Made by a program: the position numbers and the translations under genes. Shown piece by piece: positions 13,579-26,185 of a DNA stretch of 64,000 bases; position 1 is the stretch's first letter, and every line of letters starts with the position of its first letter. The stretch lies in the NCBI RefSeq assembly GCF_006345805.1, contig NC_042999.1, positions 162,626,001 to 162,690,000 of the forward strand, read 5' to 3'. The notes under the pieces are model-generated. The model had not been told where the DNA came from. It made no database searches and saw only the letters and a list, made by a program, of their open reading frames with translations. Source of the stretch: Octopus sinensis (lineage: Eukaryota).

Positions 13579-13965
13579 TCTCTCTCTATATAAACGGCAG
13601 TTTGTCTGTGCGTGTTTCTGTGTGTCTGTTTTCTCGTACCCTCACCCTGACCACGGCTTTCAACCGATTCTGATGAAACTTGACACACACACATAGCCCA
13701 ATGTCATAATTCAAAACTAACGCAGCGAAAATTTTGAAAGTTCCCCCAGTTCTGAAAAAAATCGATAAATTCGACATGGGGTCGAGAATAAAAAAAAACA
13801 AACCACAGACTGTTAGGGGACGCAACTCAACCTTTTATTACTCTCAAAAAAAAATTTACCATCATTTTTTTCCCATTTTTTGGCTATTTTTTGGCTATAA
13901 CTCTCTAAAAATGCTTTATAGTTATTTCCCTTACAAACCTGAGCAACGCCGGGCGATACTGCTAG
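13579..13965 (+). mobile_element. Non-autonomous Helitron
   Basis: Starts TC after A, ends CTAG before T, subterminal hairpin CCTGAGCAACGCCGGG, no TSD. Related 3' end at 41599. Confidence 0.8.
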
Positions 13966-14019
13966 TTGTTAATAAACCCTTGTTGTTGAATTTGAAAAAT
14001 TGTCATTTATGGACTTTGT

Positions 14020-16290
14020 TGACAAAATTGTTTGCCTCCCTTACTTTGGGAAGGATTACTATTGTTTTATTGTTTTTGTGAACTGTTGTATTGTTGTGAC
14101 CACGGAGGTCAATAACTATGGAGAGAAAAGAAATTACGCGGAAGTTACCAATGTAGTGTCCATAAATGTTAATGTGACCAGAACGGATTGGCAGGCATGT
14201 TACGGCATGTTCCGCATCTCCCCACCAAGTGAAGTAACCAACAAAAGAGACAATAGGACATTTGCAATATTGGAGAAGACAAAATTTAAAAGTGCCTCAG
14301 ACCACTTTGAAAAAATATTACATACGTGGCCTGAGGCAAAAGGTTTGCCTCCATAGATGTGCGCTTTAAAGACACTGAAACATTCAGTGACAACATTGAA
14401 AACTACAGAAGTGGCATTACTACCATCATATCTGGGACGTAAAACGTTCCGGATCAAAATCAAAGAAGTTCCACTAGAGGTAGATATACACTGGATTATT
14501 GTGGCACTCTGCTATGGCAGAGACAATAAAATCAATATTTTGCAAATCACATGCTCTGCCCCACCAAAATAGGTAGGGTCAAAACATAGAAATCCTGATT
14601 CAGGTCACTCTGATGGACCTTGAAGAAATTCCCAATCGAAAGGTAATCAGGGAAGAAGCTATTCTAAAAATACAAGTCGAGGAGGAGGAAGCTGTGCTGC
14701 TACAAGTGTGGCAAAAAAGGCCACATAAGGGAAGAGTGTGGCACCTCAAAAAAGAAGGATGACAACAAGCCCCCCCCCCCTGACTACAGAAGAAAATGGA
14801 AAAACAGAAGCAAAGGAAACAAAAAAAAAAAAAAGAAACCAAAAAACAGACAAAAGGAAGAAATGAACGAAGAGCCCCCACCCCTCCCCGGCAGACGACA
14901 TGGAGACTGCCATAACAGAGGAGGAATTTCAAGAGGTAAAAAGGAAACCAGGTAAAAGGTAATGTGTGTTACCCATGCCCTGCCAGCTCCACACACCCAC
15001 AAAAATATCAAGACCCCCACCCCCTTAACCATAAGGCCCCCACAGACACGACCATCCTGATCATATATAACAAAAAGGACACATACCGCGCAGGAGTGGC
15101 TGTGTGGTAAGTAGCTTGCTTACAAACCACATGGTTCCAGGTTCAGTTCCACTGCGTGGCATCTTGGGCAAGTGTCTTCTGCTATAGCCCCGGGCCGACC
15201 AATGCCTTGTGAGTGGATTTGGTAGAAGGAAACAGAAAGAAGCCTGTCATATATATGTATATATGTATATATATATGTATGTATGTGTCTATATGTTTGT
15301 GTGTCTGTGTTTGTCCCCCTTGCATTGCTTGACAACCGATGCTGGTGTGTTTACGTCTCCGTCACTTAGCGATTCAGCAAAAGAGACCGATAGAATAAGT
15401 ACTGGGCTTACAAAGAATAAGTCCCAGGGTCGATTTGCTCGACTAAAGGCGGTGCTCCAGCATGGCCGCAGTCAAATGACTGAAACAAATAAAAAGAGAA
15501 AAAGAGTAATACCTGGATGGCATTATCACAAAACATCACCTGTCCAAGGTATATGGTGTAAGCGAGTGTGCCTGCATAGCTTTTTACATGATATAAACAA
15601 TTGAAAGGGAGGAAAGGGGGGGGGTATCTTCAAATTAAGTGAGCTACCAAAGCTAATGGAGCCGCAACCCGAGACCAGAGAAGAAACAAAGAACGGTATG
15701 GAGAGGAAAGAAGTAGTGATACTGAGGGTAATACATCTCACTGAGGGTAATACAGCCCACATCTCTCGGCATGAGAGGCTAAGTGCTGTGAAGGGCCGAT
15801 CACAGCTGAAGAGGTCATCGAGGTACTTTCTGAATGCCCCGGGGAGAAACCGCTGGGACTTGATGGTCTGCCCTATGAGTATGCTAGACTTGTTCGAGCA
15901 CCTATTGGCAGGAGTATGCCAACTGCAGCAGAATGGGAGTATTCCCAAAGCTGTAAGCCAGAGTGTGATGACTCTGGCCAGGGTACACTTAATTACTTTA
16001 ACTATCACCTAAAAAGTAAGATCCATAGCATGTTTTGAAAAAGATGGATGAATGTAGTGAGAAAGTTGGTAATGGAGCCAGCTAAGCTCAGCCACCCTAA
16101 ATGGAAAAAAGGAAATGTTGGTCAATAGAGCCCAAGTAAATTACATTTTTAAACATTGTTACTTGTAATTATCAAAATTTTTAAACAATTATATTGAACT
16201 ATAATTTTGTAAAAATAAAAAAAGGAAAATGCACTCTTAAAAGTTTGTCCCTCTGTGTTGGGTCCTTAGTGGCCAAATAAAGAAATAAGA
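14020..16290 (+). mobile_element. Internally deleted Tx1/L1-like LINE (ORF1 zinc knuckle, RT fragment, 3' end), interrupted by SINE A
   Basis: CYKCGKKGHIREEC (CCHC knuckle) near 14698-14740; KPLGLDGLPYE (KSPGxDG motif) near 15846; A-rich 3' end near 16210-16290. Confidence 0.7.
15088..15507 (+). mobile_element. SINE family A
   Basis: Full-length copy. Confidence 0.9.
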
Positions 16291-16299
16291 GTGTCATAT

Positions 16300-16740
16300 G
16301 TGCAGTCATATAGTGTACAGGTCATAGTAATTATTGAATAGAGATGTTGTGGAGTGCTTGTTGAAGATACACAGTTGGAGAGTAATAAGAGAATATCAAG
16401 AACATTTGATATCATAACAGTTCAGATATAACAGTGATGATGAGTAATTATATGTCATATCAGTGGCAACGAGGATACCTCCCACTCTATAATGGTGTCA
16501 TTATAACAGTGGTAACAAGGTTACGAAAGCTCGGAATGGAAGAACTACTAGCTTTCATAGTGAAGCAACAACCACAGTTGCAGCAGCAGCAAGAATACTA
16601 TGAACAGCAACAGCAACAACAACAGCTAAACCAGCAGTTGATAATAGAGTTATTGCTAAAAATCCAAGAACACAGCGGCATCGCATTCGGAAAAGCTGTT
16701 CATTTCAATTCCAAACCTTTTTACCAATTCAAAAGTATAT
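16300..16740 (+). mobile_element. Gypsy-like LTR element remnant (PBS and Gln-rich gag start)
   Basis: TGGCAACGAGGATA and TGGTAACAAGG (CpG-decayed TGGCGACGAGG-type PBS) precede MEELLAFIVKQQ...QQQ. Confidence 0.5.
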
Positions 16741-16749
16741 TCCCGTAAA

Positions 16750-17060
16750 CGGCAATAATTTAATTATACTGTTTGCACGCTGAAAAACAATCCACTGCAA
16801 GAGTTCAATCTCCAGATCACTAAGTGCTGGTCCTCTACCTCCACCAGTTAATCTGAGCCTCCTCTTGTCTGACATATGGATTAACTCAGTTCCTTTTGTG
16901 CACCATTCTCTCAATCGTTTTCTATCAATACCTGTCTCTTGACGCAGCAGATAAATTGCCAGAATGTTCTTTCACTCGTTTAATAGCACTCAATTTTTCA
17001 CTAATGGTATATCATCGTTGAATATGTTTTGATACATTTTCTCTCGACTCCATTATTGGG
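16750..17060 (-). mobile_element. pogo/Tigger-like transposase N-terminal fragment
   Basis: REW...RLTGGGRGPALSDLEIELLQWIVFQR resembles the CENP-B-type HTH region. Confidence 0.6.
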
Positions 17061-17194
17061 AATAAAAATCCTTTGAATTTATCTACAGACGTGGAGCAAA
17101 CAGAATGCAAACAAGAACACTAATCTGTTTCAACTTGTAACCTCAAATAACTGCCCATGGATGATCTAATGGATGGGCAGATTTTCAGAAAACC

Positions 17195-19860
17195 CCAGTA
17201 CTACCTTCATTCCTCTCCAGCCTACACATATCCTCCACAGTCAAAGCCCATGTCTCACTATCATGTAACATAGCTGTTCTCACACAAGCATCATACAACC
17301 TACCTTTCACTTTAAGAGAGAGTCCTTTTGCTGCCAACAGAGGTAGCAGGTCTCTGAACTTCCTCTACCCTAATCTTATTCTAGAAACAATACTTTCAAA
17401 ACATCCACCACTGTTACTAATTTGGTACCCAAATAGCAGAAATTATCTACTATCTCAAGAGAACCTCCTAGGCATTTAAGAGAGTTTAAGTCCCTCATGC
17501 CCTTAGTATTTATTGTTCCTGTGCATCTGCCACACATGAAAGCAACCTTATCTGATAACCTTCCCATGATTCCACTGCATCTCTTATGTGTCCATAGCTT
17601 GCACTTGGTGCAACATGTGAAATTATGTCCCACTTCTTTCCTACATATTGAGCAGGGCCATTTACCAGCCAGAATGATAGTCTTAACTCCTTTCTCACTA
17701 ACAACTTTAGTCTCAGCTAAGTTAACTTCAAGTCCCTTTGATTCCAAGTTTTACTTTCAAACAAGGAACTTCTCCAATTCTGCTTCAGAATCTGCAATAA
17801 AAGCAAAACCATCAGCATATAGTAGTCCCCAGGGGCATCCAGTTTCAAATTCATCTGTTAGAAAATAACTTCAGTCACTTTCCAAGGGGAAAAACTAGAA
17901 GTAGTTGATAGCTTCCGTTATCTAGGTGACCAAGTCAGTAGTGGGGGTGGATGCGCTGAAAGTGTAACTGCTAGAATAAGAATAGCCTGGGCAAAGTTTA
18001 GGGAGCTCTTACCTCTGCTGGTGACTAAAGGCCTCTCGCTCAGAGTAAAAGGCAGACTGTATGATGCGTGTGTACGAACAGCCATGCTACATGGCAGTGA
18101 AACATGGGCCGTGACTGCCGAGAACATGCGTAAGCTCGTGAGGAATGAAGCCAGTATGCTCCGATGGATGTGTAATGTCAGTGTACATACTCGACAGAGC
18201 GTTAGCACCTTGAGAGAAATGTTGTACCTAAGAGGCATCAGTTGTGGTGTGCAAGAGAGACGATTGCGCTGGTATGGTCATGTGGCGAGAATGGATGAAG
18301 ATAGGTGTGTGAGAAAGTGCCAATCCTTAGCAGTTGAGGGAACCCGTGGAAGAGGTAGACCCAGGAAAACCTGGGACGAGGTGGTGAAGCACGACCTTCG
18401 AACTTTAGGCCTCACTGAGGAAATGACCAGCGACCGAGACCTTTGAAATATTCTGTACGTGAGAAGACCAGGCAGGACAAGTGAGCCCAGCCCACTTATG
18501 AATGCCTTTCCTCCCTTGGACACAAAGACCTGTTGAGGCAAGCGAAGTCGATATAGAACCTCATCCGACGACAGGCACCCATGCCAACCCCCTTTGCTTG
18601 CGAAGACATGTTGGGGCAAGCGAAATCGAAATCGAAGTCAAAATCGAATTGAACCAGCCAGGATCCCTGGTCTGGTGGTACATAAAAAGCACTATCCGAC
18701 TCGTGGCCGATGCCAGCGCTGCCTCCACTGGCTTCTGTGCCGGTGGCACGTAAAATACACCAATCTGACCGTACGACAGGCACCCATGCCAACCCCCTTG
18801 CTTGCGAAGACATGTTGGGGCAAGCGAAATCGAAATCGAATTGAACCAGCCAGGATCCCTGGTCTGGTGGTACGTAAAAAGCACCATCCGACTCGTGGCC
18901 GATGCCAGCACCGCCTCGTCTGGCTTCCGTGCCAGTGGCACATAAAATACACCAATCCGACCGTGGCCGTTGCCAGCCTCGCCTGGCACCTGTGCAGGTG
19001 GCACGTAAAAAGCACCCACTACACTCACGGAGTGGTTGGCGTTAGGAAGGGCATCCAGCTGTAGAAACACTGCCAGATAAGACTGGAGCCTGGTGCAGCC
19101 TTCTGGCTTCCCAGATCCCCGGTCGAACCGTCCAACCCATGCTAGCATGGAGAACGGACGTTAAACGATGATGATGATGATGATGATTGCCTGGAGAACT
19201 ATGATGAATAAGAATGGAGTAAGAACTGATCCCTGGTGTACTCCAACTTGTGTGCTAAATTCATCACTGTATTCAAGGCCAACTCTCACCTTACTGACAG
19301 CATCCCTGCACATGGCTTGAACAGCTCTAGCAAGCCACTTCCTTAGAGACCAACAGATAAGAGAGGGGGAACTCTGTCAAAAACTTTCTCTGGGTAGACA
19401 AAAGTTAAGTACAATGGCTTACTTTAGGTCAAATACTTTTCCTGCAACTGTCTCACTATGAAGATGGCATCTGTGGTACTTGTCCCAGGAACAAAACCAC
19501 GCTACATCCCATCTATCTTAATTCTATCCATAATTAGTTGAGATATAACTGTCTCTGTAATTTTCATGACCTGATCCAATAATTTGATACCTCTGCAGTT
19601 GTTTCTATCTAAAACATAATCTTTACCCTTGTAGCAGCTGACTATAATACTGCTACACCAGTCTTTGGGGATGACACCTTCCTGAATAACCTGATTAACT
19701 ATGCAAGTGACTAGGCTGTATCCCACACTACCTGATATTTTAATCATCTCAGTAGTGATACCTGAAGGTCCAGGGGCTTTCCTAGTCTTCATTCTCTTAA
19801 TTGCCCTATCTACTTTGATGGCTGGTCCCTCAATTGGTACAATATTTGAAAGACTCTCCT
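17195..19860 (-). mobile_element. Old RTE LINE RT region (split by insertion 17861-19186)
   Basis: KAPGPSGIT, CYKGK, RGIKLL, GVHQGSVL and LLYADG motifs are colinear across the insertion. Confidence 0.85.
17861..19186 (+). mobile_element. Younger 5'-truncated RTE LINE (ORF end at 18446, long 3' UTR, (GAT)n tail)
   Basis: KGRLYDACVRTAMLHGSETW...RLRWYGHVARM...RGRGRPRKTW is the RTE C-terminus. The 3' UTR holds an approximately 200-bp tandem duplication. Confidence 0.92.
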
Positions 19861-19899
19861 TCTCCTAATTAGAAAAATAATATTATTGCCATGGTCACA

Positions 19900-20975
19900 G
19901 GTTTTGCTTTGAACTCAAAATGAATAACAGCAAAAATGAAACGAAAACATGGACTGTCAATAAAAGAAACCAATGATGAAATAAAACAAAATTTTTTTTG
20001 AAGAGGTCACATCTTTTGTACCTGCAGTTCCACATACACCCAGAAATACAAATCCACTGAAGAACAATTTGTGCCACAGAACCATTTATTCCTTCACATG
20101 AGAAAGGCCCAACTGCTTTCTACTTGAATATGGGTTCTGTCTTGCAAGTTTACTAATTCAATGTTGTGTTTCACCATTTTATGGTGAAATTGGTACCATA
20201 GTAACACAAGAATATACAAGTATGCATGTCACAGGTCACTGTAAATAGTTATTCTTGGCAGAATTGATTGTTGAATGCAATCTGCAAGTGCATCATGATC
20301 TCAAGAGAGCACAGTGAACAGAAAAAAAAAAAAACTTCTTGAGTTTCGTGATATACACCACCAAAATATTCCACTGTTCAGGTAGCATTCAAACCCCGAT
20401 TGTTGTATTTTCTCCTCGAAAATAGTTTCATCTATTTCAACAGTTCTGCTGGGACCACTATCAATCTTCATTGGACAGCAGGGTAAATCTTCTGTGCAGT
20501 TCTCCTGTATAGTCTTCTGTAATAGTAACACCAATCCTTAATTCTTCCTTACAAAACTAGTAGCTGTCAATTCTTTCACCCACAGCAGTATGAGTAAATA
20601 ATGTTACTGGGGCTTTCATGATAACACACTATTACGACTTCTTGCTTTGAGGACACTTGTTTAAAATTCACTGGGTAAAAATATGCAAATTTAAATGCTA
20701 CTAACTTCTTTATTATACAATTTCCAAAATAATATTTGCGATATTCGTCATCAGTATGCAACACTATATCAAAAGTACATTTTTTGAAAATTTTAAAATC
20801 AAAATTTGTGGTTGAAATAAAATGAAAAAGAACTATTTCACCTTCAAAGTGAGAAAGTGATAAGAGAAAAAATTGGCTGCAATTTTGAGTTCACTATCAC
20901 CAGCAATTTTTATTTGTCAATTTTTAGATGGATATCAATGTAGCCAATTTTTTGATGGATATCAATGTAGCTAAA
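19900..20975 (-). mobile_element. Degenerate Merlin (IS1595/ISXO2-like) DDE transposase relic
   Basis: GPSRTVEIDETIF, then frameshifted RRKYN...PEQW..FGG, matches the Merlin GP..VEIDE.F..RKYN.G...W.FGG signature. GG-starting terminus GGCTACATTGATATCCA, tandemly duplicated near 20927-20972. Confidence 0.7.
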
Positions 20976-20988
20976 TATATCTTAGTGT

Positions 20989-21205
20989 TTAACCCTTTAG
21001 TGTTCACATTATTCTGCCAAAATTAACCCTTTTTCATCCACATTGTTTTGAACTAATCACGCATTATCTTGTAGCTTTGAGATTTTGATGAGGTAGCTGT
21101 TGATTTTTAAAACGACATTGTAGGGTTGGTGTGAGAGACCAGATATGGCCAGTTTGAACATAAAACAGGCAGAATACTTTTGGCCAGATATGGCCGGTTT
21201 AAATA
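20989..21205. mobile_element. TTAA/CCCTTT (piggyBac-type) MITE, right end decayed
   Basis: Starts TTAACCCTTT, as does the element at 57661-57881. Confidence 0.5.
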
Positions 21206-21811
21206 TCATAAAGTATCAAAAAGCTAATAAGCATTATAATCAATATTATTCAACAACCAATAATATTCTTGAGTTAATCTAATAAGTATGAGAGACAACC
21301 CTAGGCATGTTTTGATTTTATTCTGACTTATTCAGTGAAACACTGTTTTCACTGTATTTGCCAACAGAATCACTCAACTGTTATTAGAAGGATATCTCTA
21401 TGCTATTTTGAACAAGCTGAAGAATGTCCCTCTTTAGGATATGTAACTAGCACTTATGAACTTGGAAGACTGGATGGCATTCTTTTGATATTATGAAGTA
21501 CTTCGAAAGAATGCCAATTAACACAAGGGGTCAAAACAAATGTGATAAAACATGTAATCTGGCTCTCTTTCTCTTACATTCTCTCTCTGAATATGAGGAT
21601 TTCACATACTAGGTGTAATCATTTTTAACATTAAGCACAGGGAGGGAGAATATCTATGAATCCAACTTCTATATTGTCGATTCTGGGCAAAAGGAAGACA
21701 AAGTTGTTTTTATGGAAATTTGTAATTGCTGAGTTTCGATGCTGAATAGTGCACATGTCTCACAAGTAATTCAAAAGCATCCACCTTAATATTAACAGTA
21801 ACTTCAGATAC

Positions 21812-22027
21812 TGATTTCAAATCTTGACACAATACCAGCAATTTTGGTGGGAGGAGATAAGTCAATTACATCAATCCCAGTGCTCAACTGGTACTTATTT
21901 TATCGACGCCAAAAGTATGAAAGGCAAAGTCAAACCTGGTGGAATTTGAACTCAGAATGTAAAGTCAGAAGAAATACCGCTAAGCAGTTTTTCTGGCGCA
22001 GTAACGATTATGCCAGCTTGTCACCTT
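21812..22027 (-). mobile_element. SINE family B, diverged
   Basis: Plus-strand AACTGGTACTTATTTTATCGAC...GGCAAAGTC...GGAATTTGAACTCAG. Confidence 0.8.
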
Positions 22028-24699
22028 AGTAATTTCAGATAATGATATTTGTAATGGTATGGAACAGATCGACTAAATCGACAAACAATACAACTCATGC
22101 TTATTTTGTTGTCCCCAGAAAAAATGTAAAGCAAATGACCCACATGGAATTTGAACTTGTAGCATACTCATTGTGCCTGCTTGGATTATCTCAGGGCTAA
22201 ACATAAAAGGCCAGAAGAGACGAAACAGGCAGCCACGATGCATGTGCAAAACACAACAGCCCTTAGCAGAAGATATAAAAGGCATATAAGAGCCCGACTG
22301 ACAGGATTCTTCCTCTCTTTTCCCCTCTGGGTAGTCAGCTTGCCAACTGCCCACAGCTAGGACTGCTAGCTCTCTTTCTTTATTTTAGCATCCTACAAGT
22401 GGTGTTGAGATGACACTCTCACAGTAGGTACTTCCTGATGATATATCTGCTTGCTTTGTGTTTTTGCTTAAACTGTACATGCCAGAATGCCATAACATCT
22501 TGCAACGAATCTCCAACAAAATAAAAATCATTACAGCTATATTTAGTGAGCGTTCATTCCTCATTTACATGCAGCCTGCATCTAATCAGCCCTTCACCAA
22601 CCTAACAATGAAAACACCCGTACACCTACTAAAGTGGTGAACCCAATGTTGGAGAAAACCAAAACATTTCTCATGTGGCAGTACAGAGCATCATAGTGAC
22701 ATTTCTTTCGCCAAACTCACACCCTTGGCAAGTAACAATGGCTTCACCTTCCATGGCTGCTGTTTCTCATCCACCTGTGCCTATTTACACTGGAGAAAAA
22801 GTTCCATAAATGTATTAATGATGAACAGCAAGGGAGACTGAGCCCTGTCACAACCACTAGGCAGAATGCACCAGCTTGCTGAAGGCAATTCATTAGAGAG
22901 CAGTTTTCTCAAATACTATTTTCTTCTTGTCTGCCCTTTTACATCCAAGCCATTTTCACACCCATGTGCGACTTCAATACTGTTGAACAACTGGCAACAT
23001 CAACCAATAAAATAATGGAGATAACCACTTTAACGTTACCTTCTCCTTAATACCGTAGCAGCTATAACATCCCAGGATTTTCGACACACTACAGAAAAAA
23101 CTATCGAAGATTTGATAGTGCAAGTTCGCAACCTCCATCGGGAAAGGAATACAGCCCCACATGCTAGACGCCAATCCCGCTCTAGGTCTCTATTTAGGCA
23201 TCAATATGTTGGCAATCAGGGATTTGTATGTTGGTATCATATCAATTTCAGTGCCAAGACAAGGAATTGCACACCACCTTTCTCTTATAACACCCAGGGA
23301 AACGCCTGAACAGAGCAGTAAGCACGGCTACTGTCTCTGGTATCACTCCACCAAGTCGTGCAATATTTATCCAAGATGAAATTTCCGGAGGAGCTTCCTG
23401 GTTGCTGGAAAGCAAGAATTTTACGATCTACACTGATCACAAGTTGCTATCCTTTGCTTTGAAATACAAGCCTGATAAATTCTCACCCCGAGATACCTGT
23501 TACTTGGATTTCGTTTCCCAATTCACCAGTGATATCCAGCACGTTCCTGGAAAAGAGAATATCGCTGCTGATGCTATCGACACCATATTCTCATCTGTTG
23601 AGATCAATTCGGATATGGCAAAAGATCAAATACGAGCAGAAGACAACAAACCAGAATTCTCTCCCTTTGACCTTCAACGACTACCTGTAACAACTTGCAA
23701 CTCTGAGATTCTTTGTGACATCTCCACCAATTGGCCTCGTTGACTTGTGCTCGGGAACCACAGACACCGAGTGTTTTGTGCGCTACATAACATAATACAC
23801 ACGGGTGTTGCTGCCACTTTGAAGCTAATTTCAACTCATTTCGTCTGGCCTAACATGAAGCGAGACATCACTGAATGGGCCAGGAACTGCCTGCCTTGCA
23901 GAAAGCGAAGGGTCACAGTCACATCAAAGCTCCGCTGGGAACATTCACCCATCCCGATGCTCATTTCCAACATATCCATATAGGCCTTCTAGGACCCTGG
24001 CCTTTGAGTCAAGGATTTACGTGCTTGTTGACGTGCACAGACCATTTCTCACGATGGCCAGAAACCATACCTATCACAGGCATGTCATCACTAACTGCCG
24101 CTCAAACTCTCGTATCGGGTTGGATTTCTCATTTCAGTACATGTGCAACAATTACCAACAGAGGTCAGTAATTTGAATCTCAACTTTTCTACGATCTGAC
24201 AAAAATCTATCATCCTGCCTCAATTGGATCCATCAAGCGATTTCATCGCCAGTTAAAAGCATCTTTGCATGCATATCCTGACCCACAGAAACGGACAGAA
24301 TATTTCCCCGTTGTTCTTCTTGTTCTGCTGGCAAAGTAAACATTGGTTTTTCCCCAGCAGAATTGTCGTATGGACCACCTTTATCGTTAACTGGTCAAAT
24401 GATCACTCCAGTTTCTTTGCATTTACCAGATTACTCAAACTATGTGGATAGTCTTAGACATTATATGGAAACTTTGCCTCCCACTAACACAAGACAGCAA
24501 TTCACTAAGTCCTATGTTCTGGCTGACATACTATCCTGGACTCACGTTTTTGTCAGGAATGATGCAGTTAGCCATCCACTAACCCCTCCACACCAAGGGC
24601 CTTATCGAGTGTCATCTCATGCAAATTCGTCACTGTTGACTGTAAAGATGTGAAAGACACTGCCAGTGTCGATAGACTAGAAAAGGCCGACATAGACAG

Positions 24700-25121
24700 G
24701 TAACAGGATCTGGAATCGGTATCACTGGAGGGGTGTCCGATCCGATCCCGTCACATTCAATTTAGTTAGATATAACAGACGAAGTCAGCTTATCTGGGAA
24801 AGACAGCAAATTGTGGTTTATTACTCGTGATGGTGTACGTATTTTCTGAGGGGAAACGACAGCCGAATCTTTGTACTGCTTCTTGTTGGTTGATTGAAGT
24901 GATTCGATGTGGTCCATTGCTAAGCCGGTGTAGAGTTCTCAGAGACTACTAAATGCACGTCTGTTCACGAGAGCTGAAAGGGCCAGAGAGAGTGAGTGAA
25001 TGGACTGTGGTTTTAGGGGTCAGTTTCCCGCACATGCGCATGGGGAAGACTTCCGGTGGCCACCCGAAAGTAGTCCCATTCTGCGCATGCGCGCTGAACC
25101 TTACACAGTAGCATCACTACA
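24700..25121 (-). mobile_element. Insertion in the Gypsy integrase tail, probable solo LTR in opposite orientation
   Basis: Flanked by duplicated ACAG. Minus strand begins TGTAGTG and carries AATAAA near 24817. Confidence 0.5.
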
Positions 25122-25340
25122 GCCACAACTGTTCCCACCACACACAATGCACGCACTGCCCTCACAGCAAACTTCAAATTCGCCCTCCATAACAACTAGG
25201 AGTAGACGAAAAGTGCATTGGCCAAAAACATTGACTCATACTTACTATATCTAAAGGAACATTGAATGAATTCTTTTCTTGAAATCTGATATTTTACTTT
25301 CATTGCTTATGCATGCTATTTTCATTGTTGTGTTTGCACC

Positions 25341-25925
25341 TCTTACTCTTTACTCTCTTTTACTTGTTTCAGTCATTTGACTGCGGCCATGCTGGAGCAC
25401 CGCCTTTAATCGAGCAACTCGACCCCAGGATTTATTCTTTTGTAAGCCCAGTACTTATTCTATCGGTCTCTTTTGCCGAACCGCTAAGTGACGGGGACAT
25501 AAACACACCAGCATCGGTTGTCAAGCAATGCTAGGGGGACAAACACAAACACACACACGCATATATATATATATACAAATTATTACATTATATAAAAGGG
25601 CTTAGTAAAATAAATTACTTTGCCACATACTGAACTCATTAGAAATAGTAGCTAAAAAAACTTTTTAAATAATTTGAATTCGCCTTAAATGGTCCCTTTA
25701 CATACTGAATACTTGGTGAAATTGATTAATAATTAATTAATTTTACCCTCAATTGTTGAAATATATATATATATATACGACGGGCTTCTTTCAGTTTCCA
25801 TCTACCAAATCCATTCACAAGGCTTTGGTCGGCCCGAGGCTATAGTAGAAGACACTTGCCCAAGGTGCCACGCAGTGGGACTGAACCCGGAACCATGTGT
25901 TTGGTAAACAAACTACTTACCACAC
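25341..25925 (-). mobile_element. SINE family A with insert 25577-25760 in its (TA)n
   Basis: Both halves match the other family A copies. Confidence 0.88.
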
Positions 25926-26185
25926 GCCTATTTTTATTGTCGTATTGTTACATATTACATTTCTTTTGTATCTTAAAAGCTTCTGGTATGTTTTGCTCTG
26001 TAGATACATATTTTCTTTCATCTCTCGTTACTGCCATAACTTTACGACTGTAGCAGCGCACCCGTCGTGCCTGATGTGTGTTATCTCATTGCTAAACATA
26101 AAAGGCCCGAAAAGGTCGAAGTGGGCAGCCACCACGCATGCGCAAAACACAAACAGCCCTTAACAGAAATCGTAAAAGGCATATA

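Noticed and set aside
16434-16748. Poly-Q ORF as a host gene
   Set aside because: Follows PBS-like motifs and resembles a Gypsy gag start; no splice support.
18496-19148. Overlapping 100-195 aa ORFs
   Set aside because: Chance ORFs in the GC-rich duplicated RTE 3' UTR.
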